Below are positions 38,101 to 50,713 of a stretch of DNA of 64,000 bases, one piece after another. A program made the position numbers and the translations under genes. Each line of letters starts with the position of its first letter. Within the stretch, counting starts at the first letter, position 1. This stretch comes from Nemertoderma westbladi. Lineage: Eukaryota > Animalia > Xenacoelomorpha. The stretch is from positions 62,001 through 126,000 of the forward strand of contig JAUCBJ010009151.1 of NCBI GenBank assembly GCA_032718475.1, read 5' to 3'. A model generated the notes under the pieces. It was not told the DNA's origin. It did no database searches and worked only from the letters and a program-made list of their open reading frames with translations.

Positions 38101-39917
38101 GGTAATCGCTGCACTCATGTAGCCACTGTTATACCGACTAGTAATCGCTACACTCGTGTAGCAACTGTTACACCAACTGGTAATCACTGCACTTGTTTAG
38201 CCACTGTTATACCAACCGGTAATCGCTGCACTCGTATTGCCACTGTTACACCAACTGGTAATCGCTGCACTCGTGTTGCCGCTGTTATACCGACCAGTAA
38301 TTGCTGCACTCATGTAGCCACTGTTATACCAACCGGTAATCGCTGCACTCGTGTAGCCACTGTTATACCAAACCGGTAATCGCTGCACTAGTGTAGCCAC
38401 TGTTATACTGACCAGTAATTGTTGCACTCGTTTAGCCACTGTTAAACCAACCGGTAATCGCTGCACTCGTGTAGCCACTGTTATACTGACCAGTAATCAC
38501 TGTACTCGTATAGCCACTGTTATACCAACCGGTAATTGCTGCACTCATGTAGCCACTGTTATACCAAACGGAAATCACTGCACTCATGTAGCCACTGTTA
38601 TACCAACCGGTAATCACTGCACTCGTGTTGCCACTGTTACACCAACTGGTAATTGCCGCACTCATTTAGCCACTGTTATACCGACCGTAAATCGCTGCAC
38701 TCGTGTAGCCACTGTTATACCAACTGATAATCGGTGCACTCGTTTAGCCACTGTTACACCAACCGGTAATCGCTGCACTCATGTAGCCACTGTTTTACCG
38801 ACCGGTAAATGCTACACTCGTTTGGCCACTGTTATACCGACCGGATATCTGCACTCGTGTAGCCACTGTTATACCGACCGGTAATCGCTGCACTCGTGTA
38901 GCCACTGTTATACCGACCGGTAATCGCTGCACTTGTGTAGCCACTGTTATACTGACCAGTAATCACTGCACTCGTGTAGCCATTGTTATACCAACCAGTA
39001 ATCGCTGCACTTGTGAAGCCACTGTTATACCGACTATTAAATGCTACATTCGTTTAGCCACTGTTACACCAACTGGTAATCGCTGCACTCGTGTAGCCAC
39101 TGTTATACCGACCAGTAATCACTGCACTCGTGTAGCCACTGTTATACCAACTGGTAATTGCTGCACTCGTGTAGCCACTGTTATACCAACAGGTAATCAC
39201 TGCATTCGTGTAGCCACTGTTACACTGACCAGTAATCGCTGCACTCGTGTAGCCACTGTTATACCAACTGGTAATCGGTGTACTCATTTAGCCACTGTTA
39301 TACCAACTGGTAATCGCTGCAATCGTGTAGCCACTTTTATACTGACTGGTAATTGCTACACTCGTTTAGCCACTGTTATACCAACCAGTAATCGCTGCAC
39401 TCGTGTAGCCACTGTTATCCCGACTGGTAATTGCTACACTCGTGTAGCCACTGTTATACCGACCAGTAATCGCTGCACTCGTGTAGCCACTGTTATACCA
39501 ACCGGTAATCGCTGCGCTCGTGTTGCCACTGTTACACCAACTGGTGATCGCTGCACTTGTGTAGCCATTGTTATACCAACCAGTAATCGCTGCACTCGTG
39601 TGGCCACTGTTATACCAACCAGTAATCGCTGCACTCGTGTAGCCACTGTTATACCGACCGGTAATCGCTGCGCTTATGTAGCCACTTTTATACTGACCTG
39701 TAATCACTGCACTCCTGTAGCCACTGTTACACCGACCAGTAATCGCTGCACTCGTGTAGCCACTGTTATACCAACTGGTAATTGGTGCACTGATTTAGCC
39801 ACTGTTATACCAACCGGTAATCGCTGCACTCGTGTAGCCACTGTTATACCAACCGGTATTTGCTACACTCGTTTAGACACTGTTATACCAACCGGTAATC
39901 GCTGCACTCGTGTAGCC
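32122..39917. repeat. 39-bp satellite, block 3
   Basis: Continuous array in the same orientation as the other blocks. Confidence 0.97.
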
Positions 39918-40485
39918 TGTGATCCTGTGATCCCTATTTATCCGGTTTTGGTTATCTCGCCTACGTGTCCCCGCCATATGTGTGAAAAGAGTTCTAATGT
40001 TATTGAGTTACTCTCTGTTGTTGGATCGTATGTATAGATATATATATATAAGATAAAGTATAAGCACAGTGATTGTAATAACTGAGTGAATGAGTACCGG
40101 TAGGATGGTTGAATGATGGTGGCAGTGGACGGTGACAAGAGTTACCGTTCCGCCCTAACTGAACTGACTAACTGAGTGAATAAATGACACTGTAACTGAC
40201 AATATATTGCACTGGTTGGCCGTATTACATTACTCAGTGGATGCATGCCCCCCATTGGCTAATAACTCACTTCTCGCCTTCCATCTCTCTGGGAGTGTTT
40301 TCCCCCCCGCTACTGTTATTCTCTCTCTTGGAGGTATAACCTCTGACCCCCTTTGTGTGTTTCTTTGGGGTTTGTCATCCCCGTTTATTGGGGTGACACG
40401 AGGTTGATTGGTAATCAACCTCGTGCTCCCAATATTGCTTAAAGCTAACTTTGTAGGGTGGCTAGCGGAATTTAATTCGCTAACA
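39918..40485 (-). repeat. BEL-2 3' LTR
   Basis: TG...CA; direct repeat of 50714-51291; adjacent C-run 40486-40493 is the PPT on minus. Confidence 0.95.
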
Positions 40486-41321
40486 CTCCCCCCATGCTAC
40501 CTTCCCGGTGAGAAGATCCACCTCTAGTGCGCTACAATTCCGCTGGATCCCGATCTATCATCGGGTGTGGGATGGAGCTATTTTCTCGGAGCCTGCTTTC
40601 CAGGCCGCTCCCTATGGGTATGATATCGCTACCCCGTCTTGGTACAACTCTATCTATCTTGTACCAAGACATCTGGCATCCCATGTCGGGCCGATCGTGC
40701 GCTTCTCTCACACAACTTTTGTTTCCCCAACACTTTCACCACTAACTCCGCTCCACTTTCACCCTAACTCTTCCATACCCTCGGACCTCCTCGTCCCTCA
40801 CTCTGTCTCTTGCTTCTCCCCCCCCCCCCACACTTGAATTGCACCCGCGCTCTCTCCGCACTATTACTCAAGCCCTATCTCACCCACTCACTCCTGACGA
40901 GTCTCACCCCCCTCCTGTGCCTTTGCACTAAAGAAGTGTGATGTCTTCCAATGTCTCGTCTGTGAATTATAGTATCATAGTCTATTGGTTCCCAGTCCCA
41001 GTAGCTAATTGGAAAAGGTTATATGACTATAGTACTTACTTTGATTATATTTGTTTACTAAACTAATGATTGTTACGTACGTACATACTAATTGCACTTT
41101 TCAATTATTTAAATTACTTGAATTTGTACTTAGGAGTTCGCACGTCTCACGTGGTGCCTTCCAGGCATGCTACATTGAAGTTCTAGTTCGTTCCACCTGA
41201 CTTTGGGAACCATCTCAATTCTTTCCCTCTGTCGTCCTCCTCCCTTGGTCGTTTCCTGGCCGCTGCCGCTCCTTTGACTTTATCTCCCTTCAGACCCCTG
41301 ACCCTCGCTGTCACCTCTCTA

Positions 41322-43755
41322 CTAATCCCGGTCGTCGACTCCTTGGGCGCTGGTGTTATTGGCTCCCGGTATCGCTTCGCGGGTGGCCCCTCCGAGTGGC
41401 CCTGTTGTCTCCCCCTGGTGGCGTCCCATAGGATCACTTTCATCGCCCGCGGCACATGCTCCGCCAAGAAATCTCTGAACTCCCCTCTGTTCTGTGGTGT
41501 CCGTCCACCTGTCCAAATACCTCTGCGTATTTATCACCCCGGCATACGACGCCGCCGTCGCTACCTCCTGGTAGGTAAACGGAAGTCTCCATTTGATAAT
41601 CTCCAAGTGGGCCTCCTGGTTGATATTAAAGAAGCCCCACCGGAACTCCTGGGCCTTCATACGTTGCCGAGTCATGGCCCCGACGTCGGCCCACTCCTCG
41701 AAGATCCTAAACTTCTCTTCGTCGTCCATCCAGTCGCACTGGCGTCCGTAGTGCCCCCGGAAGCTGCACTTCGAACATCGGTTGTGCAACCGTGGACATG
41801 CCCCCATCCTGTGGCTCGACTCGCGGCAGTAGAGACAACTAGTCCCTTTCTGGAACCGGTACAGGCAGCTCCTTTCCTGGTGGGTCTGTCTCCCACAGTA
41901 ATCACAGTCGAGCACCAATGTCTCCCACCCCACGTCGTCTTTCATCCCAAGCGATCTCCGCGGTCTGTGGAGTCGCTGGTAAGCGAACTTCTGGACATTA
42001 GCGTCCCTGTCCACGTCGATCTCCTCGCCCCTCCCGGGCATCGTCTCCCCGAATACTACCCGTGGTGCCATTCCCGGTTGCTCGCCCAACCTGATGGTGC
42101 TCCCCGCGAAATCCATCGCCGGCTCCTCATGTACCCAGGCCCACTTGCCGGGTCTATCCCAGAAGGCTCTCGCCCCACTGGCCATCACCACCCTCCCGCC
42201 AACCCAGTCCGTGTCCGAGTGGCCGATCCTCCCGGTGGGCGGCATCTCTCCGAACTCGTCTTCATCCTCGTCCTCCTCTGGGAGTGGCTCCAACCCCGGT
42301 ATCCCGGTGGACCCGCTGTGTCCCTTTCCACCTTGGCTCTCGCCCGTAACTTTCCATCCTTCCAGCTCCCCTAGCCTCCTTAGCAGCTGATCGCCCTCGG
42401 CGCCCGCTGGTATGGGCGTCGTCTGCAATCCCAATGTCGACTGTTTTGGTGATCCCACCGTCCACCCTAATTCTCGCCCTAGAGACTCCCCCGAACTCCC
42501 TGACGACGTCCAACGAAGTTCGTCTAAGGCCGCCTGTTCCTCGAAGCCATAGCTCTGCGCTCTAGCTTCTTCCTCCCTTTCCTCTGCCTCTCTCCTTTCC
42601 TGTCTAGCGATTTCTTCCAATCGCTTCGCCTCTCGTCTATCCGCCTCTAGCTGCTCCCATCTCTGATATGGCGTATCTACCTCCCTGTCTACCAGATGTC
42701 AGCAGTTATAGTACACTGACTCGCCCTTCAGCCCCGGGTGGTCTACCAGACCCTCGAAAGCCGTCTTGAAGGCTCTTCTGTAGCTTAGGGGTGATCCCGA
42801 TAATAGGAATGCCATTGGTTCTTTCTCAATAACCACGGTCATGAATAGGTTAAGCAAACCCATCATTATCCTGAGGATCCTGCAGGATATATCGCTTCTG
42901 ATATACCTTTATCGCTCCTCTCCGGAATTGATACACCTCTTGTTTTCCTGGTCTCGCTCCCTACTTCAGCGAGTTTGCCAAGTCCGCTCCGTACTCCTCT
43001 CTGAACTTACTCCAGTCCATTGGTTTGTGACACACGAGCCCCATTAGCTGGCCCATCGCCACCGCTCCACAATGGCCTGAGTTCTCCACTAATCCCAGCC
43101 CGTCTGGTGCTGTCATAGCCATGTAGATCGTCTGCATATCCAGAAGGTTGGGGGTGTCCGGACCGATGATTCTCTCCGCATTGTCGCGAATCGCTGATCC
43201 CACTTTCGTCGTCGACTTCTCTCTCACTATGGTTTGCTCCACCTTTGGCAACCGGTTCAACTTCGGCTCGTCCTTCTTTCCATATGTCCCCAGATCGAAT
43301 AGGAATATATCCCCATTTGGCACGGCCAAATGTAGGAGTATTGTTCTGGTCGACCCCGCCGATCCTCTCCTCGAACCCTCCTCGTCTTCCACAGTCCCCT
43401 CATCATCTAGGACCATGTATCCTCCTCTGCTGACGGACTCTACGAACCTCTTCCAATCCTTTCTCGGTGGCTCTCTTGCGTACTTCGGAATCCCGAACTT
43501 CGCTTCGTCTCCTTTCACCACGTAGTGGAAATGCTCGAAGATCGCGTTGTCCAGCGACGGCGTCCCGTAGGTCCCGACCAGTCGCTGTTCGTGCACCTCC
43601 CTGAAATGGTCCTGTAGCGCTCGCGCTTTGTGACCTCTCTCTAACCGCTCGTAGTATCCCCTCGTCTTCTCTTCCGGATGCCTCTCGGTGAAATCCACCA
43701 GTATCTCCTTTCCTCCTAACTCCGCCTTTCTCTTTCGGACAAGCTTCCCTGCCAT
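41322..43755 (-). pseudogene. BEL-2 extra 3' ORF: DEDDy exonuclease-like domain plus three CCHC knuckles, homologous to the BEL-1 3' ORF
   Basis: GYMVLDDEG, LHLAVPNG, LPKVEQTIVREKSTTKVGSAIRDN, LLDMQ; in-frame read-through of the stop at 42961-63 gives QKRYILQD (YxxxD); ORF 41322..42620 has CDYC..H..C, CLYC..H..C, CSKC..H..C. Confidence 0.75.
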
Positions 43756-44234
43756 CTCGAACTCTCCTCAATCGCTCACCTGTAAGGTGGTGCCTTGCCA
43801 AGGCGCAGTACAGATGAGTGATAAAGTTAGGATGGTCTGTACAGTTCGACAATGGCCTATCTCTTACTTAACTCCGAGTTTTCGCCTAATTTTCCCTACT
43901 TAATTTCTAAAACTGCTAAATTGTACCCTAAATTGTAATTTTGTCCGTTACTTTAATTATGTTCCAGAATATTTTTTCTACTGTTACCATAACTTGTCTA
44001 ATTTTCTAATTCTATTTTATTTTTAATATTTAATCTAATCCTATTACTGTGCTACTACTTCTGCCAGTGGATTATTCTACTTTATAATCCGCATTCTGGC
44101 CTACTCTGTGGGCTTGTGCAGTACAACAGTATGCGTCGCGTGGCCTACACGATTTATCCAGCTGTACTCACGTGCCCCCCTCTCGCTACTCACTACTAGC
44201 TAATATTTATATTATACATGCCCTTCTACCACTA

Positions 44235-44680
44235 ACTCTTACTAACCGGTACTACGTACCCTCTTACTAACTTCTAACTAACTCTCACTAACCGGTACTA
44301 CGTACCCTCTTACTAACCTCTAACTCCCACTAACTCCTACTAACCGGTACTACGTACCCTCTTACTAACTTCTAACTCCCACTAACTCCTACTAACCGGT
44401 ACTACGTACCCTCTTACTAACCTCTAACTCCCACTAACTCCTACTAACCGGTACTACGTACCCTCTTACTAACCTCTAACTCCCACTAACTCCTACTAAC
44501 CGGTACTACGTACCCTCTTACTAACCTCTAGCTCCCACTAACTCCTACAAACCGGTTCTACGTACCCTCTTACTACTAACTAACTATCTAACTGATGGTA
44601 CTACGTACCCTCTTATTACTGACTCTTACTAACTAACTAGCGGTACTACGTACCCTCTTACTACTAACTCTTACTATCTG
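44235..44680. repeat. 52-bp tandem repeat (~8 copies of the core, outer ones degenerate) between gag-PR and the 3' ORF of BEL-2
   Basis: CTAACCGGTACTACGTACCCTCTTACTAACCTCTAACTCCCACTAACTCCTA; ACCGG recurs at 44291, 44343, 44395. Confidence 0.9.
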
Positions 44681-44920
44681 CCTACTTACACTGACTACGT
44701 ACGTACTATTACTTTCTCTTTATTTTTTTATATTTTTATTTGTATGTGGGAAGGGCGTCTCGCCCTCAATCCCACCCCCCTCAGTCCAAAACTTGAACGA
44801 CTAAACTCAACTCCACTAAGGTGCGCCCTCAAGCAGGTAATACTTCCTACCGCACCTCTACTGATCCAACTCTTTCATCTTCGCCCCCCTTTAGTCTAAC
44901 TTATTGGACGACTCAGCGAC

Positions 44921-47900
44921 CTAAGGGGTGATTCTTCCAGCAGGCAACTCCCCCACTGTCCCTGTAGGTCCTCTAATTCTCTGTCCCACTCTCCTTGTCA
45001 ATTCCAGGTCTCTTGGAATTGAACTTCCCTTCTTTAAATTTGGTAAGTGCTGCCTGCTCTCCATGTCTCTAATCTCCTCGTAGTCGTCCCTTGACGGCAA
45101 AGTGCCACCCTTCAACTCATTGTTTGGCGGTATAATGCTGCCCCTGTTGTCATCTTTACTCTTACATGCCACCTCTGCTGGCCTCCCTCTTAATATATGC
45201 ACTGGCATTAAAGGCCTCGACGACCCCCATTCGTCCTTCGGCATACACGATGTCTGCATATGTAATGCCCCCTCGCACTCTGGCAGTCCCGCATGCGTAT
45301 GCAACACGCCTCCTACTTTCCTGACTCCTTTATTATGTTTACTCATGGGCTTCTCTGCCCCTGGTCTAATCCTCTCACATCCTCTCCCTTTCCATCTTGT
45401 CTTCTTACTCGACCTCCCCCTTGTCGGTATGCCTCTCAACTGGACCGGCGTCTCTTCCAGACACTCCTCTGAACACTCCTCCGGACACTCCTCTGGACAC
45501 TCCTCCAGACTATTGTCCTCCTGACACTCCACTGGACACTCCTCCGGTTTGTCCTCCGGACATCTCGCTGTCCGCTCCTCTCCATCTCCATACCGATACT
45601 TGCTGGGACCCTTGTTCCAACCCATTGTCTCTAAATCTTCTGCATCCAAGCCATTCTCCTCTGCCCACTCTCTTGGTGTTGCTTCCACTTCTAGCTGTCT
45701 CCCCCTATCGCCCGTCTTTGGCCTCTCCTCTACCCCCTCAACAGTCCCTGGCACCATGCACCCTGAAGTCTCGGTTACACTGAATGGTATATTGGTTCTG
45801 ATTGGGCCGGTTAGCGTCCACCCGAATGGTGTTAAAATCGCCACCGGGTCACACTGCCTGTCTTCGCCGAAGACCGTTTGCATTCTCTCGTGGGCCGTCG
45901 GGCAGTCCATTCCTACTATAATGGATACCTTCCTAACGTCCACCTCTGGGATTGAGAAGTCGATACTGTCCAGGAATTTATATTGTTCGACCTCGATGTT
46001 GGTTGGCCGCCTGGCGTTGATATTTATCGACTCTATCACCTGGATGGGGTCGATGCTCGCCCCATAGTCGCATCCTGGTGCTATCGCTGCTATCGCGCAC
46101 CGTCCGGTCCTCATCTCCAGGACCTCATCTTTGCTGGAGATGGTTGTTACCGCCATTCTACTTGGCCTCGTTCTCAATCCTATCTCTTCGGCCACCCAAT
46201 TCTCGACTAATGTGAAGGCTGCTCCACTGTTGACCAGCATCAGTGTGGTCACTGATCGATTGCCTTCCCCGATCACTCGCACTGGTACTACCCCAAGTAG
46301 TACCATTCCTCTCTTCTTTTCCCCTACGGTGCTCGTTGCCATCGTCTGACCTTTACTTTGACCGAACTTAATCGGCGTTTCCTTGCATTGATTAGCTCTA
46401 TGTCCACTCATCACACATCGTGGGCAGATTTCATTTCTTCTCGCGTATTCTACCTGATCTTCCCTGGGTAGCGCTTGCCAGTACCTGCAGTTCATGGTCT
46501 GATGAAGTGCATTTGTATGTAATTGGCATTTGCTCTTTGGGTTGTAGCCATCCTTATAAAGTGCGTTGCATATCGCACTTATGTTTGTACCAAAGTCCTT
46601 ACTATTCTTATTGTTTGGGTTCGGCCTACTGGGCGTGCTGGGGTTATGTTTATTTGCGTTGTTATTTTTCCCCTGTCCGCTCCATGATGTGGTCTTACCC
46701 CCGGCTACTTGTGGACTGGCAGTCCCCTGCGTTGCTGTGTACGGCAGTGATTGTCTGAGCTTTGGCAATGCATTCGACGCGTTGTGTTCTGGTTTCGGCC
46801 TGTGGAAATGGGTCTTTGGTCCCTTTCCCAGGCTATCCTCGCTATAGACTGGGTCCGTTATTAGTTCAGATTCATAATTTAAGAAGCTCGACATTTCTTC
46901 TAAACCTGGTTCCGCACCCTTCCTGTCTCGAGTGGAGAAAGCGATCTTCCTCCACTTGTTGCGCAACCACATTGGCAGTGCCTGCGCTATCGTGGTGATG
47001 TTGTTGGACGCGTTAAGTTCGTATGGCGCGTCCAGCGTCTTTAGCACGATTAGCGCTTTCTCGACTTTAACGGGGTTATCCTGTAGGCCACCCGATTGTT
47101 ATACCTCTTAGGGTTTGCCGGATGATCTTGGCCGGGTGCCCGTATTCCCTGTCTAGTGCCCTCCATGCTGTCGTGAAGCCGCCCTCGATGCCCTGGTATT
47201 GACTCACGATGTCGTATGCTGGGCCCCCTGTATATACTTGCAGATACTTTAGGCACTCCGCTTGTGTCAAGTTCTTCATTAGTATCTCATTACTATACAT
47301 GCGCCGAAACTGTAGGTATTCTTCCGGCCTACTTCCATCGAATTTAAACGGTTCCACGGGTGGTAACTCGATCCTGGTTTTTAAGGCATCGATTAATGTA
47401 GCCATTCCCATCGCTTGCACTTCCAATGGGTTCGATGGATGCTGTATAGGTTCTCCCGTTGGGTGCGGTCCGTTCGTCCTGCCTGGCGCTTTTCTTTGAC
47501 TTGGATATATCATCGGGGGTAGCAGCCCCCTCCATATTTCGGTGTCGCACGATCTATTCTCATCCAAGGGGTTCGATATTCTTGTTCCTATTGGGTATAT
47601 TGTTGATATTGTGATGGGGGAATGTCACCCTGTCCCTCCCCCCCCCACCGGTATGTTTGGTACTGGGGTTGATGTTAATATATTGGGGCCCATGCACCTA
47701 TCCGCAATAAATCTCCCCTCCCCTGGATATATGTTATGTCCTTGCATGCTGTAGTCATACTGCTGTGCTGGTACCGGTATAGGCCTATCCACTTCTGGCC
47801 TACCTGCCGGTATGTACTCCGCGACTTCCGGGTTTAATCCCGTCGTCCATGCTATCCTATCGCCTACATTATCTCTCCCAGCATGGCCTATAGTATGTGC

Positions 47901-50654
47901 AGTAAGGCCTACAGTATGTCCTGCAGTCTGTATGTGTCGCTCGGGATCAAAGTTTAACCTTCTCGAATAATCCTCCCTGCGGCTACTGTATTCTCGATCG
48001 GCAGGTTAATCCCGTCGGGAAGTTTCTCTTCGATCCCCTCTACTGCTCTCGTCCTCCTGCCGGTACATCTTGTACCCCTCTCTCTGCGCGTAATACGCCT
48101 CGTCAGGTCGCGTCTCCCCGGGACGACGGCAATCTCCCGAAGTTCGACCCCACTGACTCTCTGTCTCCATCTCTACTACCGACGGCTCACTATCCGTCCT
48201 CACTCTCCTGTCATTCGCGACGACACTTCTTCTACTCTCTTCCCTTCTTCGTCTCTGCAGTGCAGTATCCCCGTTCGCGAGATCTCTCGTCGACCTCCCG
48301 GTTAAACTCCACTGTTCTTCTTCCCTCTTCTGATTGGGCTCGACGCTTCGTCGCCCGCCCTCTCGCGACGTCAACCTGTCTCTCTCTGCTCGATCGCACG
48401 CCGCTGGGGATACTCGCAATCCCCCTACTATTCTCCATCGCCGGGTGCTGCGGTTCACCTAATTCGCCCCGCGCATTATCCGCCGACGCCAGTGGGGCAT
48501 TCTTTGCCCCCCCTCCTCTCGCCGCTAATCTCTCGTTTTGGGGCTCCTATAGCCCCCCCCCCCCCCCCCCCCCCCCGCTCGCCACCTATCACTCCACCGC
48601 CTCTTACTTCACTTCTACACCCCTCTCTAGTCGACACACTAACCCTACTGCGGCTGGGTCTATTCACCCCCGCCTCTCCCTCTACTACTGTGTGGCCTAC
48701 CATGCCACCCTCGGGTTGACTCAACCCCGCCACTTCCTGCCTACTAACTATGTGGCCTACCAGGCCACCCTCGGGTTGACTCAACCCCGCCACTTCCTGC
48801 CTACTAACTACGTGGCCTACCAGGCCCTCATTTGCCGGGCTATGCAATGCACGTCCGCCCCGTTCATATTAATAGCACCATTACCAGTATTATCTGTTAA
48901 ATCAATTAAATCCTCCAAATCAATTAAATTATTTTGCACACCTAGATTAGAAACGGGATTATTTTGTTCGTTCGAAATAAGATTATTTGAATTATTTTGC
49001 GTAATTATATTATTTGACTTATTTTGCGTAATTATATTATTTGAATTATTTTGTAAATTCAAATTTAGATTATTTGAATTATTTTGTAAATTCAGATTTA
49101 GATTATTTGAATAATTCCCTACATTTATATTAGAATGGGTCGGATTTAAATTACTACCATCGGACAAAATGTTATTTCCTGCAACAAAGGTTTGATTAGG
49201 GTTATCCACTACGGTACTATTAATATTAACGTCTTCTACTGTATTATTATTATTACCCCCCCCCCCCCCCGCCCGCACGGTCACACCAGTCCTGGGTCTG
49301 TCGTGTGGTCCCTGTAAGTGGGGCATTAATAAACGTTTCCCTAACTCCCGGCTCCTCGTAAATACTCGAGCCAGCCTTGCTCTCTGACAGCCCCATCTGC
49401 GCCAGTTCCAGTCTGCGCCTCTGTTTGGCTTGATATTGCATAAGCCCCCTCAACCGGGCGTGCATATCATCTCACACACGCTTCCCCGTTGCCTCTCTCT
49501 CCCACTCCTCCCGCATACTATGCTCGGCCACTTCCGCCTCTCTCGCAACTCTCTCCAGTCGTCTCGCCTTGCGCTCTTTTCGCTCACTCTGCTCTCTCGC
49601 CTCACGCTCTTCACGTCTATTCTGCTCTCTCGCCTCACGCTCTTCACGTCTATTCTGCTCTCTCGCCTCACGCTCTTCTAGCTCTTTCCTTTCTATCCTC
49701 CCTATTTCCTCACACTCCTTAAAACTTCTCGCGACCTTTTCGGCTCTCTCCTCTGTTCTCTCTAGCCAGTTCTTTCTCCTTCTCTAATAGCGCACTCCCT
49801 TCTTCCAACTGTCTCTCTAATTCTCTCTGGTCTAGCACCGCCAGGTCGAGCTGGCACGCCAGATCTATTTCCATCACCCGTCTTACTTTTGCGGAGGATG
49901 TAGCAGACTTATCGGTTACGACAGACTCCCTCTGCCTTCCCGTCCTACTAACTTTCCCCCGCCTCCCGGAATTTTCTCCGACCGACGAGACCGAATCCTT
50001 GGCGTTAACCTCGGATTCGCCCTCCTGCGGTCCCCTCCAACCCACTAATTTTATTCCCCGGGCATCGACTAAGTATGGCCCTATGTACACTACACCAGGC
50101 TCCATACCCCTACATTCCCATAGTTCAAACAGTTCGCTGGCAACCCCTCTTGCTCTCTCATCGGCTAGTTCTCCCTGCCCAAAGCGCACTAAGTAATCAA
50201 AGTGTTTGTTCGACTCACCTAGCCGCTTCTCTAGCTTCACCTGGTCTATTTGGGCCCCTCCTTTGACTTCTCTTAGTTGCTTCCGGGTCGCGGCGTAGGC
50301 TCGTCGGAGTCGGTCGCTGACCCCAACGTCCTCGTCGCCGACGTCTCCTTTATCCCTCCGTGTCTGGCGTCGTACCGGCGGCCCCACCATCGCCGTTCCG
50401 ATGGGCCATCCAACGCCCTCGGCCTGTGGCTGGCTGGTGACATCGGCACGTCGACCGCCGCTGTGTGTCGACTCGTCTCTCTCCCCCCTCGACTCGTCCT
50501 CTCGTTGTAGACGGCCCCCCTCAGTTTGGATTGCCGGATCGTCCGTAGTCGATTGGTTCGGCGTCGTGGGTCGGTACCATCGCGTCGCGGTCTCGCGGAT
50601 CGTTAGATCGCCGTCCGGGGTCTGCGGCGGTGTCGTCTCTCCTTCTCGACTCAT
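44921..50654 (-). pseudogene. gag: BEL-2 gag-protease, multiply frameshifted
   Basis: ATG 50654; IELPPVEPFKFDGS (DUF1759-like), LRNKWRK, CQLH..H..C, CPRCVMSGHRANQC; protease LMLVNSGAAFTLV (catalytic D appears as N), IIVGMD, TPFGWTLTGP. Confidence 0.85.
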
Positions 50655-50703
50655 CTTTTGGCTCTTTAGTCGGTGGCTGGTAACTGTCAGTTAGTTCGGC
50701 TTG

Positions 50704-50713
50704 CTCTTGTCAC
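50704..50713 (-). promoter_or_regulatory. Non-tRNA primer-binding position GTGACAAGAG, complementary to LTR-internal CTCTTGTCAC (minus strand of 50936-50945)
   Basis: Plus strand has CTCTTGTCAC at 50704-50713 abutting the LTR and GTGACAAGAG at 50936-50945 and 40132-40141. Confidence 0.72.

Noticed and set aside
41274-42374. 366-aa plus-strand ORF and other antisense ORFs over retroelement genes (e.g. 4493..5002, 48260..49114)
   Set aside because: Shadows of GC-rich or repetitive coding sequence on the opposite strand or frame; no motifs.
43850-48830. Recurrent GGCCTAC/GGCCTAT in BEL-2 as a counterpart of the BEL-1 palindrome
   Set aside because: Only 6-7 nt, partly explained by local tandem duplications; cannot be distinguished from chance by eye.
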